A DNA stretch of 64,000 nucleotides from an uncultured Nitrospiraceae bacterium (lineage in GTDB: Bacteria > Nitrospirota > Thermodesulfovibrionia > UBA6902). The position numbers were made by a program, and so were the translations under genes. The notes below the pieces were generated by a model. It did not search any database. It was not told where the DNA came from and saw only the letters and a program-made list of their open reading frames with translations. This document shows, one piece after another, positions 29,839 to 40,797 of the stretch; position 1 is the stretch's first letter, and each line of letters starts with the position of its first letter. The stretch spans positions 48-64,047 of the forward strand of contig CAYMUX010000003.1 in the NCBI GenBank assembly GCA_964393845.1, read 5' to 3'.

Positions 29839-30120
29839 AATAACTACCCCCTTTCTACTCATCAAAAAAAAGCCTGTTTCCTTAAAAGAGAAACAGGCTT
29901 TTTTCCATAGGTAAACTCTGAGTAAGCACTGTTTCTTCGACGGCCCGGCTATCCCTTTATAGGACCCGTGGCTTTGTGCCCCCTGGTTACCCAGGGTTTA
30001 CCTTTATCGGAAACACCAATTTATGTAACCTTAATTTATGATAAATAAAGATAGGGGAGAGAAGCGGTGATTACAATCACGATATGATAAAATTCAGCCA
30101 TATCCTTTTATTTAATGAGC

Positions 30121-30261
30121 CTCTTGCAAAAGTATCGAGGAAATTGCTTTTGCTGTCATACCCGCGAAGGCGGGTATCCAGAAGTCTTTGGTTTTAAAGA
30201 ATACTGGATTCCCGATAAAGACCTCGGGAATGACAAATTTAGACTTTCGCAAGAGCCTCAG
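30121..30261. repeat. Structured intergenic repeat element, copy 1; a related copy is at 59511..59594.
   Basis: Flanking inverted repeat ctcttgcaaaag / ctttcgcaagag; internal hairpins gtcatacccgcgaaggcgggtatc and attcccga-N8-tcgggaat. Shares the 18-nt string tcgggaatgacaaattta with the 59.5-kb copy. Confidence 0.55.
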
Positions 30262-30508
30262 GCTGTCGGCATTCTTTACGGTAGCAATAAAGTTTACACT
30301 TCTTGAATTTTTTATCATTTACGGTTATATTTGATAAAAATTAAGATGTTATATCTAAGTAGATACTAAATAATTAAAGATTCATTTATTTATAATAATG
30401 AAATGTCGGGATATCTTACATGAAAGGTAATTTATCTTAGCAGTTAAAATTACCATAATAGCTAATTTATGTTTTATATTCACAATGTTACAGTTTTATT
30501 GCACTGCT

Positions 30509-30523
30509 TGGCACAACTATTGC
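30509..30523 (+). promoter_or_regulatory. Sigma-54 (-24/-12) promoter upstream of the PEP-CTERM protein gene.
   Basis: TGGCAC-aacta-TTGC with exact 5-nt spacing, 88 nt upstream of the ATG at 30611. A sigma-54-dependent PrsR-type regulator is encoded 6 kb downstream. Confidence 0.7.
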
Positions 30524-30610
30524 TTTGTATTTAACTAACAAAGCAGAAAATAATATATAAATATTATGAATAACAAAATGATAAAACAAATATCGAAAGG
30601 AGAAAATTCA

Positions 30611-31246
30611 ATGAAAACAAGAAGACTTTTATTATGTGCAATATTAGTTGTAACAGCAATGCTGATCACAACTACTATTCATGCAACAACCTTACCATGG
30701 CTGGACTTCGGGAGTAATTTGATTTGGGATTCCAATACAAATACTCTCACAAACCATGCGTCTACATATGTTAATTCCGTAACTTACAGAAATGGAGCTA
30801 CATATCCAACCATTCCTATATCCTTTCCTTTATCTGATGGTGTTATTTTTTCACCTGTTTCAATGTCAATATCGTTTGACGGGAATAACACAAACGACTT
30901 TATAAATATTGGTAGCTGGTTATCAGCAAGTTTGAATGTTACTGGTCCGACGCCTAATCCACTTACTCCTAACCAATTTATAGTTAATGTAAGCTCGGCA
31001 GGAATGAATGTCAACACCGGAGCGGGTTCTCCATGGGCTGATGAGTTCGATTCCACAATCGACTATTCGCTTTTATATCCTGCCCGACTGATTATAAACC
31101 CGTTCGGCAGCTATATCCCTCTCGGCGGTGGTCGCTATAAAGTAAATGCACCTGGAAAACTGGCTCCAGTCCCGGAACCAGGCACTTTGTTACTCCTTGG
31201 TTCAGGTTTAATGGGCGTTGCTTTCTACAGAAAACGTAAAAAATAA
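30611..31246 (+). CDS. PEP-CTERM sorting-domain secreted protein (exosortase substrate).
   Basis: Shine-Dalgarno aaggag before the ATG at 30611; signal peptide. C-terminal VPEPGTLLLLGSGLMGVAFYRKRKK is a PEP motif + TM + basic tail. Confidence 0.8.
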   Translation: MKTRRLLLCAILVVTAMLITTTIHATTLPWLDFGSNLIWDSNTNTLTNHASTYVNSVTYRNGATYPTIPISFPLSDGVIFSPVSMSISFDGNNTNDFINIGSWLSASLNVTGPTPNPLTPNQFIVNVSSAGMNVNTGAGSPWADEFDSTIDYSLLYPARLIINPFGSYIPLGGGRYKVNAPGKLAPVPEPGTLLLLGSGLMGVAFYRKRKK

Positions 31247-31275
31247 ATAGTAACTATTTAAGTTGAAAAACAAAA

Positions 31276-31310
31276 AAGCAGCTATCCTAAAGATAGCTGC
31301 TTTTTTATTG
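31276..31310. terminator. Bidirectional rho-independent terminator between the convergent PEP-CTERM and crp-like genes.
   Basis: A-run, hairpin agcagctatc-ctaa-agatagctgct, T-run. Confidence 0.65.
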
Positions 31311-31321
31311 ATAAGGGTTGT

Positions 31322-32035
31322 TTAAATAATAATTTTTACATCTTCTTGCATAAAGGTTGGGGTCAAGCATATAAACTTATTTTTAAGGATAATTAATTCC
31401 TTATTCTTTTGTAATTTGTCAATTACCCTCGTAACAGTTTCACGTGTCTGACCTGTCATATCGGATATATCCTGGTGAGTTAGTTTTATTTTTAATACTG
31501 TGCCCTCGGGAGTTTTCTCGCCATATTCATCAATCAACATGAGAAAGAGCATTTTTGTTCGCTGTGAGGCATTATTAAAATTTAACAACTGTATAGTATC
31601 CCAGCATCTGCGAAGCCTGGAACATAATATTTGGAGTAAATTTGTTGTTACCTTATTTTGAAGAAAAATAATCGAGAAGAAATCCTTCCTGGCAATAATG
31701 GCTATAAGAGAGTCTTCTGTAGCTATTACCGAAGCAGGCATTGTCTTTCCATCAATCAGGGACATTTCGCCAAAAAAACTGCCTGATTTGTGCATTGCGA
31801 GAATTATTTCTTTTCCTTCCTCTGTTGTCCGGACAACCTTTACTTTGCCTAACAAAATTATATACATGAATTCATTCGTATCTTCTTCATAAAGAATTGT
31901 CTCATTCTTCTTGAACTGCTTTAGAATCATTACATTGATGATTTGATCCATCTCTTTGTCGGTCAATGTAGAAAAGAGCTGAGTCTTTTTTAAAAAGTTA
32001 TTTTTGTATTTATCATCCATATCACTTTCCAACAA
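31322..32035 (-). CDS. Crp/Fnr-family transcriptional regulator.
   Basis: cNMP-binding beta-roll (GSFFGEMSLI) and C-terminal HTH (ISDMTGQTRETVTRVIDKL). Confidence 0.75.
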   Translation of the reverse strand: MLESDMDDKYKNNFLKKTQLFSTLTDKEMDQIINVMILKQFKKNETILYEEDTNEFMYIILLGKVKVVRTTEEGKEIILAMHKSGSFFGEMSLIDGKTMPASVIATEDSLIAIIARKDFFSIIFLQNKVTTNLLQILCSRLRRCWDTIQLLNFNNASQRTKMLFLMLIDEYGEKTPEGTVLKIKLTHQDISDMTGQTRETVTRVIDKLQKNKELIILKNKFICLTPTFMQEDVKIII

Positions 32036-32218
32036 TACCTAACTTAAGAATCCGTCACCTATTAATTCCCAACTGCCTTAACCCAATTATATTATATTAA
32101 AACATGATAACATACCTACAAATAAAATCAAGGGGCAATTGGGTTGAGGACAGTAATTTTCATCGAAACATAATTAATATATAATATTATAGAGATAACA
32201 TTAATTAATAATTAATAT

Positions 32219-34282
32219 ATGATAATTTTAATCATTTCAATTATCACAGTCACATTTGCAATTCTTACCGCCCTTGCAGCTGTCTTTAAAAGATACCAGC
32301 GTTTCGCTAATATCGTATTCTCTATTAGTTTACTTTCAACTGCATCTGTGATATTCGGCGACTCAATGAGTATATTTGAACCCGAATTCATGTTTGAATG
32401 GAAAAGAGTAGTTTTTATAAGTGAAGCTGTTATGGCTATTGCATGGCTGTCATTCAGTATCAGCTTTGCACGAACAGACTATTGGCAGGCTATAAGCAGG
32501 GTTTCAAAATTTTTCATTTCTCTCTCTCCCTTAATCGTTGTTCTCTTTCTTGTAGTACCGATGAAAGATTTTTTTTATTCACCTGAATTTGAGAGCGAGA
32601 AAATTCTTTTTCTTACTAATGCAGGGTATATTTTCAACCTTGTTCTTCTTTTCTATTCGATACTATCAATTATAAATCTTGAAGCCACCTTGAGAAGTTC
32701 TTCAGGGACTAACAGGTGGGAAATCAAATATATGATACTGGGAGCGGGTGGAATACTTTCAATAAACATTTTTTATTACAGCCACGCACTCCTTTACCGT
32801 TCAATAAACATGTACCTTGCTCCTGTCAGAACAGGAATAGTTTTAATTTCAATCCTTCTGATTGGTTTTTCCTTATTAAGACATAAAGCCATGGATATCG
32901 AATTTACTGTATCAAGAAAGGTTTTTTACCGGTCTCTTAGCCTGATTATAGTGGGGATTTATCTCCTGGGGCTTGGATTAATAGGTGAAGGAATGCGATA
33001 TCTCAGCCCGGAGCTGGGGGAAAACATTAAGATTTTTCTGGGATTTGTCGGTGCAATTTTAGTCCTAACCTTCTTCCTTTCCGAACAACTGCGGAGAAAA
33101 GTAATAGTTTTAATAAACAAGCATTTTTACAGCCAGAAATACGACTACAGAAAGCAATGGCTGCAATTTACACAACTAACATCGCTAGAGCATTCTTTTG
33201 AAGATCTCATAATCTCAATAGCAGAGGGATTTAAGGATGCGATGGGTGTCAGAGGAGTTGCTGTATGGCTAAGAGAAAAAGGTGATGGAGATTTTTTTTG
33301 CGCCAGGGCATTAGACACAGTTATGATTGAGACAAAACCTGACATAAAACTTGTGGAGTATCTTAAAGACAGGAAGTGGATTCTTGATATACGTAATTAT
33401 AACTGCATAGAAATTGTTACTATTAGCAAAGAGTTTATAAATAAAACCAGGGCATCCCTCATTGTGCCATTGCTGAATGTAGATAATCTTATCGGTTTCA
33501 TAATCCTGGAGGAAGGTCTAGCCGAAGTTTACTATAATTATGAGGATTATGATCTGCTTAAAACTCTTGCGAGACAGACGACGGTAGCAATTTTAAATGC
33601 CCGGCTGTTAGATGAATTGACGGAAGCAAAGGAAATGGAGGCTATGGGAAGGCTATCATCATTTATTATACATGACCTCAAAAATGCAACATCCATGCTG
33701 TCGCTTATAGTCCAGAATGCTGAGGAGCATATTGACAATCCTGCTTTCCAAAGGGATGCCATAAAAGCTATTTCAAACACGTCTGAAAAGATTAAAGGTA
33801 TCATCGGGAAACTTAAAAACCTTCCAACAAAGCCGAGCCTTGATCTTAAATATTCCGATCTGGGATATCATGTCAAAAAAGCAATCCACCAGTTAAACTT
33901 AAACGGGAATGGAGTGTTATCATTTAAAGAAGCTGCTCCTGCAAAAACCCGTTTTGACGCGGAAGAAATATCAAAAGTTATTATTAACCTTATTATTAAC
34001 GCCCTTGACGCAACAAACAATCAGGGGAAAATTGAAGTTGTTGTTGGTAAAGAAAGCAATATGGTATTTGTTAAAGTATCCGATAATGGCTGCGGGATGT
34101 CCGATGAATTTATCCAAAAGCGTCTTTTTAAACCCTTCCAGACCACAAAGAAAAAAGGGCTTGGAATAGGTCTTTTCCAGTGTAAGGCCATCGTCGAAGC
34201 GCATGCAGGCAAGTTGAAAGTTCTCAGCCAGGAAGGCAGGGGAACTGATTTCTTTTTGTATTTACCGTTGACTGAGTCTTAG
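32219..34282 (+). CDS. prsK: PEP-CTERM system sensor histidine kinase (PrsK-like) with a multi-TM N-terminus, GAF, HisKA and HATPase domains.
   Basis: About 8 N-terminal TM helices; H-box SFIIHDLKN; N/G boxes NLIINALDAT, DNGCGM, GLGIGL. Confidence 0.65.
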   Translation: MIILIISIITVTFAILTALAAVFKRYQRFANIVFSISLLSTASVIFGDSMSIFEPEFMFEWKRVVFISEAVMAIAWLSFSISFARTDYWQAISRVSKFFISLSPLIVVLFLVVPMKDFFYSPEFESEKILFLTNAGYIFNLVLLFYSILSIINLEATLRSSSGTNRWEIKYMILGAGGILSINIFYYSHALLYRSINMYLAPVRTGIVLISILLIGFSLLRHKAMDIEFTVSRKVFYRSLSLIIVGIYLLGLGLIGEGMRYLSPELGENIKIFLGFVGAILVLTFFLSEQLRRKVIVLINKHFYSQKYDYRKQWLQFTQLTSLEHSFEDLIISIAEGFKDAMGVRGVAVWLREKGDGDFFCARALDTVMIETKPDIKLVEYLKDRKWILDIRNYNCIEIVTISKEFINKTRASLIVPLLNVDNLIGFIILEEGLAEVYYNYEDYDLLKTLARQTTVAILNARLLDELTEAKEMEAMGRLSSFIIHDLKNATSMLSLIVQNAEEHIDNPAFQRDAIKAISNTSEKIKGIIGKLKNLPTKPSLDLKYSDLGYHVKKAIHQLNLNGNGVLSFKEAAPAKTRFDAEEISKVIINLIINALDATNNQGKIEVVVGKESNMVFVKVSDNGCGMSDEFIQKRLFKPFQTTKKKGLGIGLFQCKAIVEAHAGKLKVLSQEGRGTDFFLYLPLTES

Positions 34283-34513
34283 TTGCACCAATCTGGATTT
34301 AGCATATATACTATTAATTTCAAATTGTTTATTAAAATTCAAGTAGTATACTCTTATTACCGAATAGTAGTTATTCGACAGAATAAGATAAACAGTTTAT
34401 TTAATTTATCAGGGAACTAAGACTGGCAGGGAAATACAACCGCCTTTGAACTTAAAATTTGTATTTTTATCATAAACAATCACTTTTCATAAAAGATATA
34501 AAAGGAGGAAACT

Positions 34514-35338
34514 GTGACACACGAAGAAATGGAAAAATTGATGTCTATGAGTCTTGAGGAAAAGATTGCTCATTCCAAAAAGGTTATTAAAGAGGCAATT
34601 AATAAGTATGGTTCGGAAAATTTAGCCGTAGCCTGGACCGGGGGAAAGGACAGCACAACGATGGTGTGGCTGTTCAGAGAGGCGAGTAAAGAACTGGGAG
34701 TTAAAATGCCCAAATGCATGTTTATTGATGAAGGCTACGTGTTTGAAGAGATATGGGACATCTTCAACCAGCTTAAGAAAGAATGGACCCTTGATGCTCG
34801 TATCGCAAAGAACACCGACGTGAGTGATAAGGCGGAAAATGTAGGAGATATGGTCAAGGTCAGCAGCCTTAATGAGCGTAATAAAAAGGAAATTGCAATA
34901 CTGGAATATGAGGAAGAAGAATTTCCCTTTGAACCCGAATCGTTTGTCGGCAATCATCTGATGAAGACAGTGGCCATGAATGTATTCATGGAAGACAACA
35001 AAGTTCAGGCGCTTGCAACTGCCATCAGATGGGATGAACAGGAGGCGAGGATAGAAGAAAATTACTTCAGTCCCAGAAGAATTCCTCCTCACGAGCGGGT
35101 CCAGCCGATATTGCATTTTAAAGAGCGTGATATATGGGATTTTATATTTAAGTATGAGGTGCCTTTCTGTGTATTATATAAAGAAGGATACCGCTCACTT
35201 GGTGCAAAGGGTTCTACAGTCAAAATGTCTGACATTCCTGCATGGGAGCAAGACCTGGAAAACACATACGAAAGGGCTGGCCGCGGACAAGGCAAAGAAG
35301 AAATCATGGGTAAGCTTAGAGATCTGGGATATATGTAA
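34514..35338 (+). CDS. PAPS reductase-like / PP-loop ATP pyrophosphatase family protein.
   Basis: PP-loop AVAWTGGKDSTTMVWL. Confidence 0.55.
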   Translation: MTHEEMEKLMSMSLEEKIAHSKKVIKEAINKYGSENLAVAWTGGKDSTTMVWLFREASKELGVKMPKCMFIDEGYVFEEIWDIFNQLKKEWTLDARIAKNTDVSDKAENVGDMVKVSSLNERNKKEIAILEYEEEEFPFEPESFVGNHLMKTVAMNVFMEDNKVQALATAIRWDEQEARIEENYFSPRRIPPHERVQPILHFKERDIWDFIFKYEVPFCVLYKEGYRSLGAKGSTVKMSDIPAWEQDLENTYERAGRGQGKEEIMGKLRDLGYM

Positions 35339-36684
35339 TGTTTAATATTTTCAAGAAAAAGACTAAAGATTCAAAAGAGAAGGTCGCAGTTCTCGGCATA
35401 GACGGCGTCCCCTACAGTCTGTTAAAGCGATTCATTGGGGAAGGCTTAATGCCGAACCTCTCGACCCTTGCCGATAAAGGCTCGTTGGCGCCTATGACAG
35501 CATCTATTCCAGAAGTGTCCTCTACGTCATGGAGTACATTCATGACAGGTGTGAATCCCGGCAAGCACGGTATTTACGGATTCATGGAACTGCAGGAGGG
35601 CTCTTATAAATGGAGTTTCCCGAATTCAAATGACATAAAGAGTGAGACCTTATGGGAGATAGCAGGAAAAAACAACAGAAAAAGCATTGTGCTTAATGTA
35701 CCGTCAACGTATCCTGCAAAAACATTAAACGGTATTCTAACAGCCGGATTTGTCGCCCTTGACTTAAAGAAGGCTACTTACCCTGAAAGCGCTTATGAAT
35801 ATCTGAAGAGTATTGGTTATAAAATGGATGTAGATACGCGTAAGGCACAGGAATCAACAGCAGCACTGGCAGCAGAGATTGCCTCTGCATTTCGAATTAG
35901 AAAGAAGGCCATGCTTCATTTTCTGGATAATAACGAATGGGACCTCTTCATAGGAGTAATAACCGAGACTGACCGGCTGCATCACTATCTCTGGGCAGCC
36001 CTCCAGGATAACAAACATCCGCAGCACAATTTTTTTCTCGATTTTTACAGGGAACTGGATTCATTTATCGGTGAGATGTATGACAGGGTTGGTGACAGCG
36101 TCCCCTTTATAATATTGTCTGATCATGGTTTTACAACAATAAAACAAGAAGTATATCTCAATTCCTGGCTCAGAGAAAAAGGATATTTAAAATTCAATAA
36201 GGAACATCCTGACTCGATGGAAGATATACACAGTGAGAGCAAGGTCTTTGCGCTTGACCCGTCACGATTATATATTCACACTAAAAACAGATACTCTCGG
36301 GGAAATGTTGATGCCAATGAATATGAAAGTCTGCGGCATAAAATAAAAGAAGAGCTGCTATCGTTAGTTTTAGACGGCGAAAAAGTTATTAAAACAGTTA
36401 TGTTCAGGGAAGATATATATAGCGGCAATTTGTATGATAATGCCCCTGATCTTGTTGCACTCCCCTATGAAGGTTATGATTTAAAAGGATCCATCAACAA
36501 ATCTCAAATATCAGGAAAAGGTTTCCTTACAGGGGGGCACACCAGAGAAAATGCAGTGTTTTATATCAACAGAGAGATATCTGCCAGGGACATTAATATA
36601 GTAGATGTTGGCCCAACAATAATTTCATTGCTGGGTATTGAAGGAAACAATTTTGACGGAAAATGCTTACTAAACGATAGATAA
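35338..36684 (+). CDS. Alkaline phosphatase superfamily protein (type I phosphodiesterase/nucleotide pyrophosphatase-like).
   Basis: LGIDGVPYSL, TASIPEVSSTSWSTFMTG (metal-binding Ser/Thr), DRLHHYLW, ILSDHGF. Confidence 0.6.
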   Translation: MFNIFKKKTKDSKEKVAVLGIDGVPYSLLKRFIGEGLMPNLSTLADKGSLAPMTASIPEVSSTSWSTFMTGVNPGKHGIYGFMELQEGSYKWSFPNSNDIKSETLWEIAGKNNRKSIVLNVPSTYPAKTLNGILTAGFVALDLKKATYPESAYEYLKSIGYKMDVDTRKAQESTAALAAEIASAFRIRKKAMLHFLDNNEWDLFIGVITETDRLHHYLWAALQDNKHPQHNFFLDFYRELDSFIGEMYDRVGDSVPFIILSDHGFTTIKQEVYLNSWLREKGYLKFNKEHPDSMEDIHSESKVFALDPSRLYIHTKNRYSRGNVDANEYESLRHKIKEELLSLVLDGEKVIKTVMFREDIYSGNLYDNAPDLVALPYEGYDLKGSINKSQISGKGFLTGGHTRENAVFYINREISARDINIVDVGPTIISLLGIEGNNFDGKCLLNDR

Positions 36685-36695
36685 AATACGTCATT

Positions 36696-38084
36696 ATGAA
36701 ACAAATACTGGTAGTTGAAGACGATCCTGATATCCAAAATCAGATGAAATGGGGCCTTTCGGAGGAATACACTGTTCTTCAGGCATTAAACAGGGCTGAA
36801 GCCGTCTCTCTATTTAACAAAAATCAACCCTTGGTAGTAACTCTCGATCTTGGACTTCCTCCAGATCGTAATGATGCAACCGAAGGTTTATCATGTCTTC
36901 GCGAAATACTGAAAAAAGCTCCCGACACGAAAGTAATTATAGTTACCGGGAATAACGACAGAGAAAATGCCCTTAAGGCAATTCAGATGGGCGCATATGA
37001 TTATTATCTCAAACCTGTCAATATGAATGAATTAAAGGTAATACTGCAAAGGGCATTTCACCTATCAAAAATAGAGTCTGAAAACCTCAAATTACATAAG
37101 ATGCTGGATAAAGAAATCGGTTATGCCGGCATGATTGGACAAAGCCCTGAGATGCAAAAGGTATTTGAGACTATCAGTAAAGTCGCTACTACTGATGTGG
37201 CAGTTCTGGTAACAGGAGAAAGTGGAACAGGTAAAGAGCTTGTTGCCCGGGCAATTCATGACAAGAGTTCGAGGAATAAAGGCCCTTTCATCCCTATTAA
37301 CTGCGGGGCAATACCGGAGACTCTGCTTGAATCTGAGCTCTTTGGATATGAAAAAGGCGCTTTTACAAATGCATACGCCCAGCAAAAAGGCAAATTTGAA
37401 TATGCAGACAAAGGAACGCTTTTTCTCGATGAAATAGGAGAAATGTCGCCGAATCTGCAGGCAAAGCTCTTGAGATTTTTACAGGAAAAAAAGATTCAAC
37501 GCGTGGGCGGCAGAAAAGACATTGAGATAGATACCAGAGTAATTGCCGCTACGAATATTGACTTGAATATAGCCATGAAGGATCACAAATTCAGAGATGA
37601 TCTATTCTTCAGGATCAGTGTCATTACAATTAATGTCCCTCCACTCCGGGATCGGGGATTGGATATCAAATTGCTGGCAAATATTTTTCTTGAGCGATAT
37701 AAGGTCATATTTAACAAGAAAATTAAAGGGATCAGCCAATCCGCTATGTGTGAAATTGAAAAATACCCGTGGCCCGGAAATGTCAGAGAACTTGAAAACA
37801 AGCTACAGAAAGCGGTGATTACAACCGAATCCAGCATTATTGAACCTCATAATCTGGGATTAGGCGCACAGTCAAAAGAAATATTAAGCGGGGTAACTTC
37901 TGAAAAACGGGATAAGGGAGTTACACTCAAAGAAGCGCGTAAAAGACTTGAAATGGACCTCATCTCAAATGTAGTTGAAAGACACAGCGGCAATATCAAA
38001 AGGGCGTCAGAGGAGTTAGGGATCAGCAGACCGACACTATATGATTTGATTGAGAAATATAAGCTGCCTATTAAAGAGGATTAA
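36696..38084 (+). CDS. prsR: Sigma-54-dependent response regulator (PrsR-like; receiver + AAA+ + Fis-type HTH).
   Basis: Receiver Asp ([10 protein letters not shown]); Walker A GESGTGKE; GAFT motif EKGAFTNA; C-terminal [27 protein letters not shown]. Confidence 0.8.
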   Translation: MKQILVVEDDPDIQNQMKWGLSEEYTVLQALNRAEAVSLFNKNQPLVVTLDLGLPPDRNDATEGLSCLREILKKAPDTKVIIVTGNNDRENALKAIQMGAYDYYLKPVNMNELKVILQRAFHLSKIESENLKLHKMLDKEIGYAGMIGQSPEMQKVFETISKVATTDVAVLVTGESGTGKELVARAIHDKSSRNKGPFIPINCGAIPETLLESELFGYEKGAFTNAYAQQKGKFEYADKGTLFLDEIGEMSPNLQAKLLRFLQEKKIQRVGGRKDIEIDTRVIAATNIDLNIAMKDHKFRDDLFFRISVITINVPPLRDRGLDIKLLANIFLERYKVIFNKKIKGISQSAMCEIEKYPWPGNVRELENKLQKAVITTESSIIEPHNLGLGAQSKEILSGVTSEKRDKGVTLKEARKRLEMDLISNVVERHSGNIKRASEELGISRPTLYDLIEKYKLPIKED

Positions 38085-38091
38085 AAAGAAA

Positions 38092-38472
38092 ATGTACTTA
38101 AAGATGAAAAATAAAAAATACGGCGAAAAAGAAATATTGGCAGTAAAACTCGGAAAATGGCCTAACCCGAATCCGGACAGGGACTATACAATTGATATAA
38201 ATTTTTCTGAATTTACGTGCTTATGCCCGCGCTCGGGCTATCCCGACTTTGCAACTATTAAAATCAACTACGTACCGGACAAGCATATTGTAGAATTGAA
38301 GTCCCTGAAACTTTATCTGAATAATTTCAGAGACCAGAATATTTCCCATGAGTCTGCAACCAATCAGATATTTGATGATTTAAAAAAATTACTGAAGCCG
38401 AGACATCTGGAAGTTACAGGGGATTTTAATCCAAGAGGAAATGTTAAAACAGTAATTAGTGTAACATCTTAA
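38092..38472 (+). CDS. queF: NADPH-dependent 7-cyano-7-deazaguanine reductase QueF (type I).
   Basis: Catalytic Cys [14 protein letters not shown]; QueF motif [14 protein letters not shown]. Confidence 0.8.
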   Translation: MYLKMKNKKYGEKEILAVKLGKWPNPNPDRDYTIDINFSEFTCLCPRSGYPDFATIKINYVPDKHIVELKSLKLYLNNFRDQNISHESATNQIFDDLKKLLKPRHLEVTGDFNPRGNVKTVISVTS

Positions 38473-38529
38473 CTTCCACTCTTACTGACCTTTGCTCTGC
38501 CTCAATTTCTCATTAATGCAGACATTATT

Positions 38530-39309
38530 TCAAACATTCAACACCTTCATCCCCTTGCCGATGGAAATCGCATTCGTCATGGCAGTATATGTAAAACCCT
38601 TCGCCTTGATAAACGCCTCTTTTACATCGTATCCGAGAGCAAGACAGGCTGTAATAGCAGCTGAAAATACACACCCCGTACCGTGAAATTCTCCTTCAAG
38701 CCTCTCATTCTCCAGAGATAAAAATTCCTTTCCGTCAAAAAGCAGGTCCATTGCCTTATCTTTCAAATGCCCGCCTGTAATTATTACTGCATCAGGACCA
38801 AACCCTCTTAATCTCACAGCTGCTTCTTTCATATCATCCTCAGCTTCTATTTCCTTCCCTGTGAAAACGCCCGCTTCATAAATATTTGGAGTAATGACTC
38901 GTGCCAGAGGGAACAAATCATTTTTTATAATATCCAGTCCTTTTTCTTCAATAAGCCTGACCCCCGTTGATGATACTGTTACGGGGTCAATGACGAAATT
39001 ATGGAGTGAATATTGCCGTACCTTGCCGGCTACTGCACTAACAGTATCCGTAGTATAAAGCATCCCTGTCTTAACGGCGTCAGGCAGGACATCCTGAAGA
39101 AGTACATCTAATTGCTCGGATATCAGATCAATGGACAGTTCATGGACACAATGTACTCCTTTGGTACTTTGTGCAGTCAGCACCGTGGGAATGCTCAGAC
39201 CGTAAACTCCCATGGCCTGGAATGTCCTTATATCCGCCTGTAATCCGGCGCCTCCTGAAGGGTCAGACCCTGCTATTGTGAGGGCAGTTTTATGTTTTGA
39301 GTTGATCAT
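38530..39309 (-). CDS. thiD: Hydroxymethylpyrimidine/phosphomethylpyrimidine kinase.
   Basis: [22 protein letters not shown]; PfkB-type C-terminal [10 protein letters not shown]. Confidence 0.8.
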   Translation of the reverse strand: MINSKHKTALTIAGSDPSGGAGLQADIRTFQAMGVYGLSIPTVLTAQSTKGVHCVHELSIDLISEQLDVLLQDVLPDAVKTGMLYTTDTVSAVAGKVRQYSLHNFVIDPVTVSSTGVRLIEEKGLDIIKNDLFPLARVITPNIYEAGVFTGKEIEAEDDMKEAAVRLRGFGPDAVIITGGHLKDKAMDLLFDGKEFLSLENERLEGEFHGTGCVFSAAITACLALGYDVKEAFIKAKGFTYTAMTNAISIGKGMKVLNV

Positions 39310-39431
39310 ACTTTAATCAACAACTTCAGGGCGCGGCGAAGCCGTGCACCTACTTCCGAGCTTACGTGCTTATGGATCATGGAAAGACTATATCAACTTG
39401 TATATAATATTTCAAGAATAAAGGAGCTATT

Positions 39432-39938
39432 ATGCAGGAAGAACTTCTTGAAGTCGTTAATGAAAAGGGTGAAACAGTCAGGACCCTTCCGAGATCTCAA
39501 ATCCACGGTGACCCCTCATTGATCCACAGGGTCGTTCACGTCCTTGTATTTAATGGAAAAGGTGAGCTTCTACTTCAGAAACGCTCAATGAATAAAGATG
39601 TGGCAGCTGGGAAATGGGATACATCTGTCGGCGGACACGTCAATTCGGGTGAAACACTTGAGGAAGCAGTCAGGAGGGAAACAGAAGAAGAACTAGGCAT
39701 CACAGCTTGTTCGACCGGGTTTCTGTATACTTACATTCATTCAAACGAATATGAAACAGAACTCGTATATACCTATACATGTACATATGACGGAGAAATA
39801 AAATTTCAGCAGGACGAAATTGACGAGGTACGGTCGTGGGGCCTGGATGAAATCAAGTTTAATACCGGAAAAGGCGTCTTAAGTGACAACTTTGAGCATG
39901 AGATCGAAACATACTTGAAATTTAAAGAGGGTCAATAG
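39432..39938 (+). CDS. NUDIX hydrolase.
   Basis: Nudix box GGHVNSGETLEEAVRRETEEELGI. Confidence 0.75.
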   Translation: MQEELLEVVNEKGETVRTLPRSQIHGDPSLIHRVVHVLVFNGKGELLLQKRSMNKDVAAGKWDTSVGGHVNSGETLEEAVRRETEEELGITACSTGFLYTYIHSNEYETELVYTYTCTYDGEIKFQQDEIDEVRSWGLDEIKFNTGKGVLSDNFEHEIETYLKFKEGQ

Positions 39939-39982
39939 ACCTTATAATTTATCCTGGCTGAATTCGTCTCCCCATTTAACAT

Positions 39983-40279
39983 TTACCGATCTTCCGGCAA
40001 TTTGTAATCCATCCCTGCAAATTGAATATTAGACTGGTCCTCGCATCGCGGGGGCGACACTGCATGCACTCCGCTGCATTTGGGACATTTCCCTACAAAT
40101 GTTTTTAATGTAAAAATCTCACCACAGCCCCGGCACCTGGTTTCCAGCCCGCCGCCAGGAAGAGGCTGATCTTTTATCGCTCCGCCATGTGCATTATAAA
40201 CAAATTCTACAAGATCCCTTCCTTCAGAAAAAGGCCCTGCTCCCCTGTCCCCGCAGCTACCACATTGTCCCATGTTCAC
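39983..40279 (-). CDS. Small zinc-ribbon protein.
   Basis: CGSCG ... CRGCGEIF ... CPKCSG cysteine pairs. Confidence 0.45.
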   Translation of the reverse strand: MNMGQCGSCGDRGAGPFSEGRDLVEFVYNAHGGAIKDQPLPGGGLETRCRGCGEIFTLKTFVGKCPKCSGVHAVSPPRCEDQSNIQFAGMDYKLPEDR

Positions 40280-40797
40280 ACCTCCTGTTTTTTGTCTGCA
40301 AATATTTGATCAGGTCAATAGCAAAATTATTTTTATAGTTTACAGAATCAGCAATCTAAATAATATGAGCTAAATCATGAAGTTTATATATTCTATTATT
40401 CCAGCACAGGCAAGAGGTTTTTTCTAAGCAGTAACGGCATGCCCTTTTAAATGGATTGATATCAGGATATGAAGTTTTAAAATTAAATGCCGATAAGTAT
40501 ATCAGGAGGCCAAAGTGGTTTATCCATTAAAGGAAATACCATGACAGCAAAAGAAACAATAGAAATCATCAGTAACTCTTCACTGTGGAAAACACTATCC
40601 ATAAAGGAAAAAGCGGAAGCCGCTGCCTATGCCATGAAAATCGCCGGGATCAAACATGAGGATGAAGATGTGAGCGATCTCATAGGCGAAGTTTATGCCG
40701 GCTGAGTTAATTCGACACTTCCAGACAGTTAAAGAAAAAAGATGGTGAGACAACTCCCACCATCCAGTATTAAATATCTATGTTCAGCTATAGCGGC

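Noticed and set aside
29869-29903. Palindromic hairpin with flanking A- and T-runs (agcctgtttc ... gaaacaggct).
   Set aside because: It sits only 4-30 nt upstream of the annotated start of the FN3 gene and no convergent gene ends here. It is probably part of the 5' leader when the later Met (29838) is used, so it was not called as a terminator.
39310-39431. Possible TPP riboswitch in the thiD leader.
   Set aside because: The 122-nt leader lacks the conserved CUGAGA and GGGG...pyrimidine-sensor elements and is too short for the aptamer.
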